Positions 26,014 to 35,815 are shown, counted from the stretch's first letter. The stretch is DNA of 64,000 bases from Bryobacteraceae bacterium (GCA_052145115.1 JBKQPG010000044.1:2225-66224), one strand, 5' to 3'. Translations and numbers: made by a program. The notes: a model not told the origin generated them from the letters alone.

Positions 26014-28359
26014 TCAGTAGGTTTTCGCCATCCACGTCCGAATTCCCGCTTCCTCCTCCTTGTCGGGCTTCAGCGCCAGCGCCATCTGCAGGCTCTGCCG
26101 GGCGCCCGTCACGTCGCGTTTATTGTAAAGCGCCACCCCCAGGTGGTAGCGGAACAGGGCCTTGTGGGGGTCGCGCTTGACGAGATCCGTGAAGATCGAC
26201 AGCGCATCGTCGTACAGCGCCTTCTTCAACATGATCCAGCCCATGGTGTCGGCGATGTTCACATCGTCCGGGTACTGCTGCTTGGCCTTTTGTATGTAAG
26301 TAAAGGCGGTATCCAGATCGCGCCCCTCCTCGGCCATGAGAAACGCCAGATTGTTCAGCGCCACCGCGTTGCCCGGCTCCAGGGACAAGATCGTCTTGTA
26401 GTAGGGCAGCGCTTCGTGCCGCATGCCGAGCGATTCCATGGCCAGAGCAATATCCAGACTCAGCCGCGGGTGCTTGGGCTGGAGCGCCTCGGCCTGGCGG
26501 TACATATCCAGCGCCTGCTGGGTTTGACCCCTCACATAGATCACTTCCCCCAAGCGCACGAACAGCTCGAAGTTCTTGGGCTGCACTTCCAACAGCTGGC
26601 GGTACTCGCGTTCGGCGAGATCGAACTGCTTCACAATCACCGCGGCGTTGGCCGTGACCATCCGCATGCCCTGGTTCTGGGGATTGCGGCCCAACTGCTC
26701 CTGCAGCAGCTTGAGCGCATCGGGCCCGCGATTGCTCTTGATCAGCACGTCGGCCATGGCGTAGACCAGCCGCACATCGGTTGGATACTTATCGAACAGG
26801 CCCTTGAAGACCGCCAGGGCCTCGGGGTATTTCTTGTCGGCGTAATTGGCCAGGGCCAGCTGGAACTGCAAATCGGGTGCATTGGGAGAGCGCTTGATCG
26901 CCTCCTGTAACTCGTTGCGAGCCTCGGTGATGTTGCCCAAATTGATCTGCGCGTTGGCCTTGAGGGAGATGGCCACAGGGTTGGTGGGGTCGATCCTGAG
27001 GGCGTCATCGGCGCTCATGATGGCGTGCTGGAAATCGTGCAACTGGAGGTTCACCTGGGCCAGACCAATCTGCGCCGCCAGAAAGCCCGGGCGCTTGGCC
27101 GCTTCCTGATACTGCATCTTGGCGGCGGGCCAAAACTCCTGGCCGCGGGACTGGTAGGCACGGCCCAGGTTGTAACGAACCACCGGGTTGCTGGTCTGCC
27201 GGCTGAGCAACATCTGCAAATCGTTGATGGCGGCTTGGGTCTGTTTATCATCGCCCGAGTCGAGCCTCAGCCCGGCGCGCAGGGACAATGCAGTGTTGTT
27301 CTTCGGATCTTCCTTCAGCACGGTCTCGACGGTCTGGAACGCTTCGCTCTTGAGGCCCATGGCGACTTGAGTCATGGCGATCTTCAATCGATAGGCGCTG
27401 GTCCGGTCGCCGCCCTGTTTGACGCCTTCCTCGAACACCGCGAGGGCCCGTTCGTAGTTGCGCGTGCGCCCGTAGAAATCGCCCACCCGCACGCGGGCGT
27501 CGGGGAAGTCCTTCTCGCGCGCCAGCAGCGATTGCAGGACCGCTTCGGCCCGATCCTTGCGCTGGATGGCGTAGTAGAAGCCGGCCTGCTCAACAACCAC
27601 GGCGGCGTTTTTCGGATCGTTCGCCACCTTCAGTGTCATGATCTGCTCGGCGTTGTCGGGCTGCCTGTGGCGCAGATATTGCAGGATCAGATAGTCATAC
27701 GCCAGCCAGTATTTCGGGTTCCTTTCCAGAAGGCGGCGGGCGATGAGCTCGGCCTGATTCCATTGATTGTTCCGGTTGAGCGTCTGTGCCAGGGCGAATA
27801 GAAGATCGGGCTGGTTGGGACGCGCCTCGTCGGCTTTGCGGAAAGCGGCGATGGCGGCATCCATGTGGGCCTGCTTGTTTTCGCTATCGGCATCCGACCG
27901 GGCCACTTCCAGAAAACCCGTGAGCCGCTGGCCGTTGTAGGAGTTCGGATTGCGTTTCAGCAATTGCGTGGCGAGGCTTTCCACCTGCGCCAGCGTTTTT
28001 GCGTTGTGTCCTTTCGGGGCTCCATAGTAGGCCAGCCAGATGTCCGCCAGGCGGCTGGGAGGGTTTTCGTCATTGGGCGCCAGTTCTAGCGCCCGCGTGA
28101 AAGCCTGCAGCGCGGTCTGAATCTCACCGCGGCGCAGCTCGGACTCACCCAGCTTGCTGTAGGCCTCGCCATACTTCAGGTCCTTGCGCAGCGCGCTGCG
28201 GTACATGAGCGACGCTTCCCTGTACTTGCCCTGGGCGAAATACTTATCGCCGTTGGCCACGTACCGCCGTTTCACCGTAGCGGGATCGCGCCAGCAGCCC
28301 TGCAGCACAACCAGCAGGCACACGAGCGCCCACAACCAGCGGAATTTTCTGCGGTTCAT
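26014..28359 (-). CDS. Large TPR-repeat lipoprotein (PrsT-like?)
   Basis: MNRRKFRWLWALVCLLVVLQGC lipoprotein signal, then more than 15 TPR-like repeats across about 780 aa. The track start at 28380 is an alternative. Confidence 0.8.
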   Translation of the reverse strand: MNRRKFRWLWALVCLLVVLQGCWRDPATVKRRYVANGDKYFAQGKYREASLMYRSALRKDLKYGEAYSKLGESELRRGEIQTALQAFTRALELAPNDENPPSRLADIWLAYYGAPKGHNAKTLAQVESLATQLLKRNPNSYNGQRLTGFLEVARSDADSENKQAHMDAAIAAFRKADEARPNQPDLLFALAQTLNRNNQWNQAELIARRLLERNPKYWLAYDYLILQYLRHRQPDNAEQIMTLKVANDPKNAAVVVEQAGFYYAIQRKDRAEAVLQSLLAREKDFPDARVRVGDFYGRTRNYERALAVFEEGVKQGGDRTSAYRLKIAMTQVAMGLKSEAFQTVETVLKEDPKNNTALSLRAGLRLDSGDDKQTQAAINDLQMLLSRQTSNPVVRYNLGRAYQSRGQEFWPAAKMQYQEAAKRPGFLAAQIGLAQVNLQLHDFQHAIMSADDALRIDPTNPVAISLKANAQINLGNITEARNELQEAIKRSPNAPDLQFQLALANYADKKYPEALAVFKGLFDKYPTDVRLVYAMADVLIKSNRGPDALKLLQEQLGRNPQNQGMRMVTANAAVIVKQFDLAEREYRQLLEVQPKNFELFVRLGEVIYVRGQTQQALDMYRQAEALQPKHPRLSLDIALAMESLGMRHEALPYYKTILSLEPGNAVALNNLAFLMAEEGRDLDTAFTYIQKAKQQYPDDVNIADTMGWIMLKKALYDDALSIFTDLVKRDPHKALFRYHLGVALYNKRDVTGARQSLQMALALKPDKEEEAGIRTWMAKTY

Positions 28360-28539
28360 CCTTTCTACACTCCCGTCCATCGGTCCCCGTCCTCGACTAT
28401 CAATCAGTTACAGGATACACGGCACGCCACAAGCATGCACCCCTATTAGTACTAAGGGTGGCGCGGCCGCCGGCGCGCCGATGGCAGGCCGGATGCGAGG
28501 CCGCGGGGCAGTCCGCGCATGAACCCGGCCCAGCCGCAC

Positions 28540-29826
28540 TCAGCGCAGCGCGGCCACCAGCATTCTGGTCTGCCGCAGCAATTGAAACTGCGCATGCTCC
28601 AGTCCGGTGCGGGCGTCGTAGAGCTGCATCCAGCGCTCATGCTCGGCATAACGGCCCTCCTCGACGTCCTTCAGCGTCGCCTTCCCGGCTTCGAGCTGCG
28701 CCAGCAGCAGATTCACCTGCTCGCGGGCCAGGTCGAGGTCCAGGCGCGCCACTTCGGCGGCCGTCCCGGCCTCGCGGATCTCCTCCCAGGCCTCCCGCGT
28801 ATCGGCTTCGACGCGCCCGCGCAGCCGGTCCAGCTCGGTCTTGATCCGCTGGCTGTCGACACTGGCCTGCGCGGCCTGGGCGAGGTCCTGCGCGTTGGCG
28901 AAAATCGGAACGCTGACGGCGACGCCGATCTCGCCGTTGTTCCTCTGGAAGGCCCGGAAGAATTCGGTGTAGTTATTGAACTTGGCGAACAGGCCGTATT
29001 CCGCGACCAGGTCGACTTTGGGGTAGCGCATCGCCTTGAAACTTCGCATTTGCAGGTTCTTGGCGGCCAGCTCGGACTCCAGCTTGCGGATCTCGGGATT
29101 GTCCCGCAGAGCCTCCAGCACGCTCGCTTCCACGCTGGAGGGCAGCTCCGGACGGGCCCGCTCCTCGTTGGCCGGAATGATCCGATCGGCCCCGTTCAGA
29201 CCCAGCACCGTGGACAGCGAGGCGGAGAGCCGGCGGCGCTGGCTCCTCAGCAGCTCAACCTTCTGCCGCGCCCGCGCCACGTTCAGCGCGGCCCGCCGGG
29301 CCTCGATTTCCTCCTCTTTCCCTTCGGCCACGCGCAGCCGGACCAGCGCCTCGACGCGGTCCATTTCTTCGGCCTGTTTAGAGGCCAGATCGATGGCCCG
29401 CGTCGCTTTTTCCAGGTCCAGGAACAAGGTGGCGGTGCGCAGCGCCACCTCCTCGCGCGTGGCGGAGGTCGAGTAGCTCGCGCTCACGGCCGTTTCGCGG
29501 GCCTCGGCCACCAGATAACCCTGCGGCCGGGAGTACATCGTGCGTTCCGCCCGGGCCTGGAGGACCGACGGCGCCGAGCCCTCGATGCTCATCGGGAAGC
29601 CGCTCGAGTAAGCCAGCCCGCTGCCGGCGAAAACCCGCGGCAGCAGCGGTTCCCGCACCGCCTGGACGCCCAGCACGGCGCGTTGCTCCTCCAGGCGGGC
29701 CAGCGCGATGTCGGGATTCTGGCGCAAGGCCATATCCACGGCCTGTTTCAAGCTCAGAGTTACATTCTCCGCCGCCAGCGAGCCGGCGGCGAAGGTGAAG
29801 CAAAGGACGAGAATGGGTCTCTTCAT
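28540..29826 (-). CDS. TolC-family outer membrane efflux protein
   Basis: Signal peptide, LSLKQAVDMALRQNPDIALARLE start, and two repeated coiled-coil/barrel halves. 428 aa. Confidence 0.85.
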   Translation of the reverse strand: MKRPILVLCFTFAAGSLAAENVTLSLKQAVDMALRQNPDIALARLEEQRAVLGVQAVREPLLPRVFAGSGLAYSSGFPMSIEGSAPSVLQARAERTMYSRPQGYLVAEARETAVSASYSTSATREEVALRTATLFLDLEKATRAIDLASKQAEEMDRVEALVRLRVAEGKEEEIEARRAALNVARARQKVELLRSQRRRLSASLSTVLGLNGADRIIPANEERARPELPSSVEASVLEALRDNPEIRKLESELAAKNLQMRSFKAMRYPKVDLVAEYGLFAKFNNYTEFFRAFQRNNGEIGVAVSVPIFANAQDLAQAAQASVDSQRIKTELDRLRGRVEADTREAWEEIREAGTAAEVARLDLDLAREQVNLLLAQLEAGKATLKDVEEGRYAEHERWMQLYDARTGLEHAQFQLLRQTRMLVAALR

Positions 29827-29830
29827 GGCG

Positions 29831-31054
29831 CTACTCGTAGCGTAGCGCCTCCGTGGGATTCAGCCGCGCGGCGCGCTGGGCCGGCAAGATTCCGAACACG
29901 ATGCCCACTGCGAAGCTCACCACAAAGGCCACCGCGATGGAGAGCGTCGAAATCGGGATCTGCACCTGGTCCTGCAGCAGGTTCGCCGCCAGCGGCAGGG
30001 TCAGGCCGGCTACGATCCCCAGCACGCCCCCGCCCACGCTGAGCAGCACCGCCTCCAACAGAAACTGCAGCAGCACATCCTGCTGCGAGGCTCCCAGCGA
30101 CATCCGCAGGCCGATCTCGCGGGTCCGCTCCGTCACCGTCACCAGCATGATGTTCATGATGCCGATGCCGCTGATGACCAGGGCGATGGCCGACACCAGG
30201 ATCAGCACCACCGTCAGCACGTTGGCGATGGCGCCGGCCGCATCCAGCAGCGCGCCCAGGTTCTGCACGATGTAACGCGCGCCCGGCCGGTGGCGCGAGG
30301 CGATCACCCGGGCCACGACCTCGGTGACGGCGGGCACGTCGCCGGCCAACCGCGCCTGGATGTACAGCGGGTCCACGCGCTCGATCCGGTCGAACATGCG
30401 GTACACCGGGATCGGGATCATCGCGGCTCCGCCTTCGCCCAGTTCCGAGAGGCCGAAGGTCGAAGTGCGTTCCTTGAAGACGCCCACCACGGTGAACTGC
30501 AACTGGTGCAGCTTGACGATCTGACCGACGGAGACCTGCGGCGAGCCGAACAGCTTGCCGGCCAGCTTGTCGTCGAGCAGAGCCACCTTCTGGCGCAGCG
30601 TGACGTCGGAGGGATCGAAGAAGCGCCCGGCGAGCAATTGCAGATTGCGCACCGCGGCGTAGTCCTCGTCCGAGCCGATGATGTGCACGTCGCGCTCCTT
30701 GCCGGCGATCGTCAGACGGTCATTGGAGGCGATCACGGGCGAGGCGGCGATGATGCGCGAGCCGAGGCTGCGCCGCACCGCGTCCACGTCGGCCAGCTTG
30801 ATGAAATCGGCGTCGTACTTAACGGCATCGACCGGGCCGGAGTCGTACTGCGCGTAGATCAGGTTCGACCCCACGCCGCGGATCTTATCCAGAATCAGGT
30901 CGCGGCTGGTGATGGAAATGGTGACCACTAGGATCACCGAGGCGTTGCCGATCAACAGCCCCAGGGCCGTCAAGGCCGTGCGGATCTTGTTGGCCCGCAG
31001 CGCCTGAAAGCTGAAATTCAGCGCCTCGCCGAGGAATGGAAGACCAAGATGCAT
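29831..31054 (-). CDS. MacB-type (FtsX) ABC transporter permease, no fused or adjacent ATPase
   Basis: ALRANKIRTALTALGLLIGNASVILVV, a periplasmic core domain, and the C-terminal TREIGLRMSLGAS FtsX motif. Confidence 0.85.
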   Translation of the reverse strand: MHLGLPFLGEALNFSFQALRANKIRTALTALGLLIGNASVILVVTISITSRDLILDKIRGVGSNLIYAQYDSGPVDAVKYDADFIKLADVDAVRRSLGSRIIAASPVIASNDRLTIAGKERDVHIIGSDEDYAAVRNLQLLAGRFFDPSDVTLRQKVALLDDKLAGKLFGSPQVSVGQIVKLHQLQFTVVGVFKERTSTFGLSELGEGGAAMIPIPVYRMFDRIERVDPLYIQARLAGDVPAVTEVVARVIASRHRPGARYIVQNLGALLDAAGAIANVLTVVLILVSAIALVISGIGIMNIMLVTVTERTREIGLRMSLGASQQDVLLQFLLEAVLLSVGGGVLGIVAGLTLPLAANLLQDQVQIPISTLSIAVAFVVSFAVGIVFGILPAQRAARLNPTEALRYE

Positions 31055-31059
31055 TCCGC

Positions 31060-31953
31060 CTAGTCGCTTCCGCCGGAGGCGCGCTGCAGAAGTTCGCGCA
31101 CCTGGTCGCGGGACGGATCGTCGGGGGTCAGCGGGGCGCGCAGGTAAGCTTCGAGGAGCTGCCTGGCCGTGCCCAGGTTGCGGCCGCTTTTCACATACGT
31201 TTCGGCGCGTCCGAACAGCAGCTTCTTGTCGCCGGGATCGATGCGCGCCGCCCGATCGAAGGCCGCTTCGCTTTCCCCGATGCGGCCCTGGCCGGCCAGG
31301 AACCTGGCCAGTTCCACGAGCCGGCTGACCTGCCGCGGCGCCAGGTCGACCGCTTTTTTCAACTGCCCCTCGGCCAGATCGTACTGGCGGCGTTCGATCG
31401 CGATCTGAGCCAGCGCCCAGTGGTATTCGACGGGATCGTTTCTGTGGATGACATCCGACAGCCGCAGCGCGCGGTCGATACCGCCGCCGAGGAAGCCTGG
31501 CGCACTCAGGTAATAAGAGAACAGATCATCCACCGCGTCCTTGTTGCCGGGATCGAGCTGCACCGCCTGCTCAAAGTTCTGGCGCGCGTTGGCCGCGTAT
31601 TTAATCGCCATGAAGAAGACGCTGGTCTCGGCGCGCCGGCCCCAGGCGCGTCCCAGCCACAAATAGTGGTCCGATGAGGCGGGCTCCAGGCGGACAGCTT
31701 TTTCGAACAGATCGGTGGCCGGCTTGAAATCGCCCAGCATGTAGCGGCAGCGCCCCTCGAGTTCCCAATCCGCGGCGCTCTTGGGCTCAACTTTCTTCAG
31801 GATGGCCAGCGCTGCTTGGTACTCGGTCCGGTCATACAGCCGCTGCGCCGCGGCGGAGTCGTCCTGCGCCACGGCCGCCGGGGCCACGGCCGGGGCCACG
31901 AACACAACCGCAACGACAGCTCCGAATCGCATTGCAAGAGGAGTAAATCTCAT
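31060..31953 (-). CDS. Secreted TPR-repeat protein
   Basis: The start MRFTPLAMRFGAVVAVVFVAPAVAPAAVAQ (cat at 31951-31953) follows GGAGGG. TPR-like repeats follow. The track ORF is over-extended to 32052. Confidence 0.75.
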   Translation of the reverse strand: MRFTPLAMRFGAVVAVVFVAPAVAPAAVAQDDSAAAQRLYDRTEYQAALAILKKVEPKSAADWELEGRCRYMLGDFKPATDLFEKAVRLEPASSDHYLWLGRAWGRRAETSVFFMAIKYAANARQNFEQAVQLDPGNKDAVDDLFSYYLSAPGFLGGGIDRALRLSDVIHRNDPVEYHWALAQIAIERRQYDLAEGQLKKAVDLAPRQVSRLVELARFLAGQGRIGESEAAFDRAARIDPGDKKLLFGRAETYVKSGRNLGTARQLLEAYLRAPLTPDDPSRDQVRELLQRASGGSD

Positions 31954-31987
31954 TGTAACGGACCCTCCGAAATCCCTCGCGGCCAGT

Positions 31988-32581
31988 CTACTTCTTTGGA
32001 TGCAGTTGGGTGCCGGAGAGGTACAAATCCAGCGCCGCAGTGTCCATGTCACCCTTGAAGGGCAGTTGGGCCTGCGTGTCGCGCGCCTCGGGCGGGATCA
32101 GGTCCACCGCCCGGGCGCCGGTGAACTCGATGTTGGCGCGGGTGGTGTCGAAGTGCGTGTTGTTGGGCACCACGCAACCGGGCTTGCATAGCACGCTGAA
32201 CAGGATGCGCTCCGCGGCGCGGCCCTGGTGCGTTGGGATCACGTGCCGGAAGGCCATCAGATCGTCGGCCGCGCTCTTCAGCCGGAAGTAACTGGCGCTG
32301 CCGGCGTAACTTTCATCGCCGCGCATCATCGCCGCCCACTGCTCAGTGGACATGGCGCTGGTGCCCGAATCGGTCAGCAGGTCGATCAGGATGTCGGCGG
32401 CACGCAGCCGGAACAGGTTGTAGCCCGCCTCGGCCAGCAGTGCCGCGCGCTCATCGGCCGTGGTCTGCCGCAACGGCTCGACACTCTTAATGCGGAACGG
32501 CTCGATGATGGTCCTCAAGCGCAGGCGCCTCCGAGCGGAGGATAGCATTTCACGCCTGGAACGGACCGTGACGTCAATCAT
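31988..32581 (-). pseudogene. tnaA: Truncated tryptophanase/tyrosine phenol-lyase (beta-eliminating lyase) N-terminal remnant
   Basis: EPFRIKSVEP, GYNLFRL, IDLLTDSGTSAMS, GDESYAGS, IPTHQGRAAE, NTHFDTTRANIE, FKGDMD, then an abrupt end (LHPKK*). About 190 of the expected roughly 460 aa remain, and the PLP-lysine region is absent. Confidence 0.8.
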
Positions 32582-32727
32582 TCAGGGCGGCCACGGGAGG
32601 AGGAGGAAGTCGCGGCCGCCCCTGGTAAGTACGAAGCCTTTGAGGACTGCCTCGTACGTCCGATTCCATTGTAAAGCATGCCCGCCGCGCCGAGCATTCG
32701 CTCGCGCGGCCCCGTAGACTGTCTTTC

Positions 32728-34584
32728 ATGAGCCCGCGACGCCTGTTATGTGTCCTGCTCCTGGTTTCCAGCTCGCTGCTCGGCCAAGGCTTGGAATGGA
32801 TCCGGGCCAATTACGCCCAGCAGGAGTTCCGCATCCCGATGCGCGACGGCGTGCGATTGTACACGCTGGTCTACACGCCTAAGGTCACTGCGCACGCAGT
32901 TCCGATTCTGCTGGAACGCACGCCCTACGGCGCCGGCCCGCGCGGCGAGAACAGCTATCGTTCCACGCTGGGGCCTTGCGCGGCGCTGGCCCGCGCCGGC
33001 TATATCTTCGTGTACCAGGACGTGCGGGGCCGCTACCGCAGCGAAGGCACGTTCGTCGAGATGCGGCCGCAGCTCAACGGCCGGCATGGGCCGCGGGATA
33101 TCGACGAGAGCACCGACACCTACGACACCATCGATTGGCTGCTCAAGAACATCCCCGGCCACAATGGCCGCGTGGGCCTGTACGGCACCTCCTACCCCGG
33201 CTTCTACGCCGCGGCGGGGCTGCTCGCGGGGCATCCGGCCTTGAAGGCGGTCTCTCCGCAGGCGCCGATGGTCGACCTGTTCCTGGGCGATGACTATGCC
33301 CATAACGGCGCGTTTTTCCTGGCCGCCAATTTCGGCTTCTACTGGTTCTTCAACATGACCAGCACCGCGCATCCCGACGAGCGTCGGGCGCGCTTCGATT
33401 ACGGCACCCGCGACGGCTATGCGTTCTATCTCGGCATGGGTCCGCTCTCCAATGCCGAGGAGCGCTATTACCAGCACCGCAATCCGTATTTCAGCGACCT
33501 GCTGGAGCACACATCCTACGACGAGTTCTGGCGCTCGCGCAGCCTGGAGCCGCATCTGCACGACATTCAGCCCGCCGTGCTGGACGTGGGCGGATGGTTC
33601 GACGCCGAGGATCTGCAGGGGCCGCTGCGGCTGTACCGCGCCGCCTCCACGCGCAGCCCGCGCTCGCCCGTCGTCCTGGTGATGGGCCCGTGGATGCATG
33701 GCGGCTGGCACGACGAGGGGGTCGACCACCTGGGCCCCGTTCAGTTCGGCCAATTGCCCGCGGAGTACTTTGAGAACTCCATCGAGACGCGGTTCTTTGA
33801 GAAGTGGCTGCGCGACGGCGAGGACCCGAAGCTCCCCGCCGCGTGGGTGTTCGAGACCGGCACCAACCGCTGGCGTCAATTCGCCGCCTGGCCGCCGCCG
33901 GCCGCGCATCGCCGGACCCTATATCTGCGCCAGGGCGGCGGGCTGGCCTTCGATCCACCGCGCGAGTCCGCTGGTTTCGACGAGTACGTCAGCGACCCCG
34001 CCCGGCCGGTCCCGTTCACGTCTTTCATAGCCCTCGGAATGGTTCCGGAGTACATGGTGGACGACCAGCGCTTCGCCGCCCGCCGGCCCGACGTTCTGGT
34101 TTACCAGACCCCGCCGCTCGACACCGCCCTCACGCTGGCCGGACCGCTCGGCGTGCGTCTGCAGGCCTCCACCTCCGGCAGCGACTCGGACTGGGTGGTG
34201 AAGCTGATCGACGTCTATCCCGGCGATACGCCCAACCCGTCGCCGAACCCGACCCGGGTGCAGTTGGGCGGCTATCAGCAACTGGTGCGCGGCGAGCCCT
34301 TCCGCGGCCGCTTCTGGAAGAGCTTCGAGCATCCCCAGCCGCTGCCTGCCAACCAGTTCGTCGAGATCGACTACGACATGCCGGACATCTTCCACACCTT
34401 CCGGCCGGGCCATCGCATCATGGTCCAGGTGCAGAGCTCCTGGTTCCCGCTGGTGGACCGCAATCCGCAGAGGTTCGTGCCGAGCATCCCCTTCGCCAAA
34501 CCTGAGGATTTCGTGCCCGCCACCGAGCGGATCTCCCGTTCAGCGGCGGCTCCGAGCCGAATCGAAGTGCTCGTTCTGGAGTAA
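32728..34584 (+). CDS. CocE/NonD-family hydrolase (S15 X-Pro dipeptidyl-peptidase-like), secreted
   Basis: 618 aa. RIPMRDGVRLYTLVYTPK, ERTPYG, GTSYPGFY (nucleophile elbow), and a C-terminal beta-sandwich ending HRIMVQVQSSWFPLVDRNPQ. Confidence 0.85.
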   Translation: MSPRRLLCVLLLVSSSLLGQGLEWIRANYAQQEFRIPMRDGVRLYTLVYTPKVTAHAVPILLERTPYGAGPRGENSYRSTLGPCAALARAGYIFVYQDVRGRYRSEGTFVEMRPQLNGRHGPRDIDESTDTYDTIDWLLKNIPGHNGRVGLYGTSYPGFYAAAGLLAGHPALKAVSPQAPMVDLFLGDDYAHNGAFFLAANFGFYWFFNMTSTAHPDERRARFDYGTRDGYAFYLGMGPLSNAEERYYQHRNPYFSDLLEHTSYDEFWRSRSLEPHLHDIQPAVLDVGGWFDAEDLQGPLRLYRAASTRSPRSPVVLVMGPWMHGGWHDEGVDHLGPVQFGQLPAEYFENSIETRFFEKWLRDGEDPKLPAAWVFETGTNRWRQFAAWPPPAAHRRTLYLRQGGGLAFDPPRESAGFDEYVSDPARPVPFTSFIALGMVPEYMVDDQRFAARRPDVLVYQTPPLDTALTLAGPLGVRLQASTSGSDSDWVVKLIDVYPGDTPNPSPNPTRVQLGGYQQLVRGEPFRGRFWKSFEHPQPLPANQFVEIDYDMPDIFHTFRPGHRIMVQVQSSWFPLVDRNPQRFVPSIPFAKPEDFVPATERISRSAAAPSRIEVLVLE

Positions 34585-34676
34585 CCCGGCATCCTGCGCC
34601 GGGATGGTCCCTAGGTCGTGGGGCGCCCAGGCGTTCCAGGCCCGTTCCGGGAGGTCGCCGGCAGCCGGTTGCCGCT

Positions 34677-35123
34677 TCAATAGCGGCGGTCCAGGGAGCG
34701 TTGCGGCGCGGCCTTGCGCAGAGGCGAATCGTCGGCGCTCCACCAGCGGCCATTGTCCATCCGGCCGGCGAGTTTGCCCTTGTAATCAGAGTCGCGCGTG
34801 GGGTTGACGGTGTACAGGATCAGATCGGCCGGCCCGCCGGGCTTGAGCGGCTGTTCGAGGCTCGAGGGGAAGACGAATTTGCCGCGGCCGTCGATGAGGT
34901 CCGCGTTGCGCGGAATGGCGACCTCGGAGGCCGGCCCCATGGCCGTGATCCGGCCGTCATCCACAACCACCGTCGCGTCCTCGATCGGCGGCTGCACCTC
35001 GCCGTCGATCAGCGTCGTCCCGGTGATCGCGTAGACCAGGCGCTGGTGATACAGCCGATCGCAGCCGGCCAGGCTGAGCAGCAGGGCCGCCAGCGCAGCG
35101 GCGCGATTTATCGCCCGTGGCAC
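34677..35123 (-). CDS. Small lipoprotein made of only the N- and C-terminal beta-sandwich segments of an amidohydrolase
   Basis: GTG start giving MPRAINRAAALAALLLSLAGC. LIDGEVQPPIEDATVVVDDGRITAMGP..IDGRGKFVFP is joined directly to LKPGGPADLILYTVNPTRD...NGRWW. The track ORF is over-extended to 35819. Confidence 0.6.
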   Translation of the reverse strand: MPRAINRAAALAALLLSLAGCDRLYHQRLVYAITGTTLIDGEVQPPIEDATVVVDDGRITAMGPASEVAIPRNADLIDGRGKFVFPSSLEQPLKPGGPADLILYTVNPTRDSDYKGKLAGRMDNGRWWSADDSPLRKAAPQRSLDRRY

Positions 35124-35815
35124 AGCAGCGTCTCCAGATCGAGCCCGCGCAGGTCCTCGAGCAGAATGTCGGGCGCGTGCGGGCGCAACTCTTCCCATGG
35201 TACGACGCCCGTGGCCACGGCCACGCTGAGCATGCCGTTGGCGCGCGCCGCGGCGATGTCGTTGGGATGGTCGCCGATCAGCGCCACGCGCGCGCCGGGG
35301 CGAACAAAGCCCCGCCGGCGCGCCTCGGCCCAGGCCCGCCCGGCGAGCTCCGCGCGCGTGCGGCCCTGCTCGGAGAAGGCGCCCAGACGGAAGTAGCCGC
35401 GCAGTCCCGCGCGCTCCATCTTGCGCCATCCGATGCGGCTGAGGTTGCCCGTCACCAATCCGGCCGGCACGCCGCTGCGCCGCAGAGTTCGGAGCAGCCG
35501 CCGCACGCCCGGGCAGACCCGCGCCCGCAGATCGGGGCAGGTTTTGCGGTACAGCCGCTGGGCCTGGCGCACAATCGCGGCCATGTGGCGCTGCATCACC
35601 CGCTGCGACGCGCCCGCCGCGCCGAGCATGGCGCGCAGAATGTCGCGATCGAGCATCCCCTGCACGGGGATGCCCTCCGTAGTGGCTCGCAGTCCCGTTA
35701 CCCGCAGCAGCGCGCCCTCCAGCGCGGCGCGATGCTGCGGCCCGGCGCGGCGGATTAGCGTGCCGTCGATATCGAACAGGATCAGCGCCGCGCCAGCAGT
35801 TTCCAGGGCGTGCAT
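35108..35815 (-). CDS. HAD-superfamily phosphatase (phosphoglycolate phosphatase-like)
   Basis: LILFDIDGTL (motif I), LVTGN (motif II), and IGDHPNDIAAARANG (motif IV). Confidence 0.8.
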   Translation of the reverse strand: MHALETAGAALILFDIDGTLIRRAGPQHRAALEGALLRVTGLRATTEGIPVQGMLDRDILRAMLGAAGASQRVMQRHMAAIVRQAQRLYRKTCPDLRARVCPGVRRLLRTLRRSGVPAGLVTGNLSRIGWRKMERAGLRGYFRLGAFSEQGRTRAELAGRAWAEARRRGFVRPGARVALIGDHPNDIAAARANGMLSVAVATGVVPWEELRPHAPDILLEDLRGLDLETLLCHGR

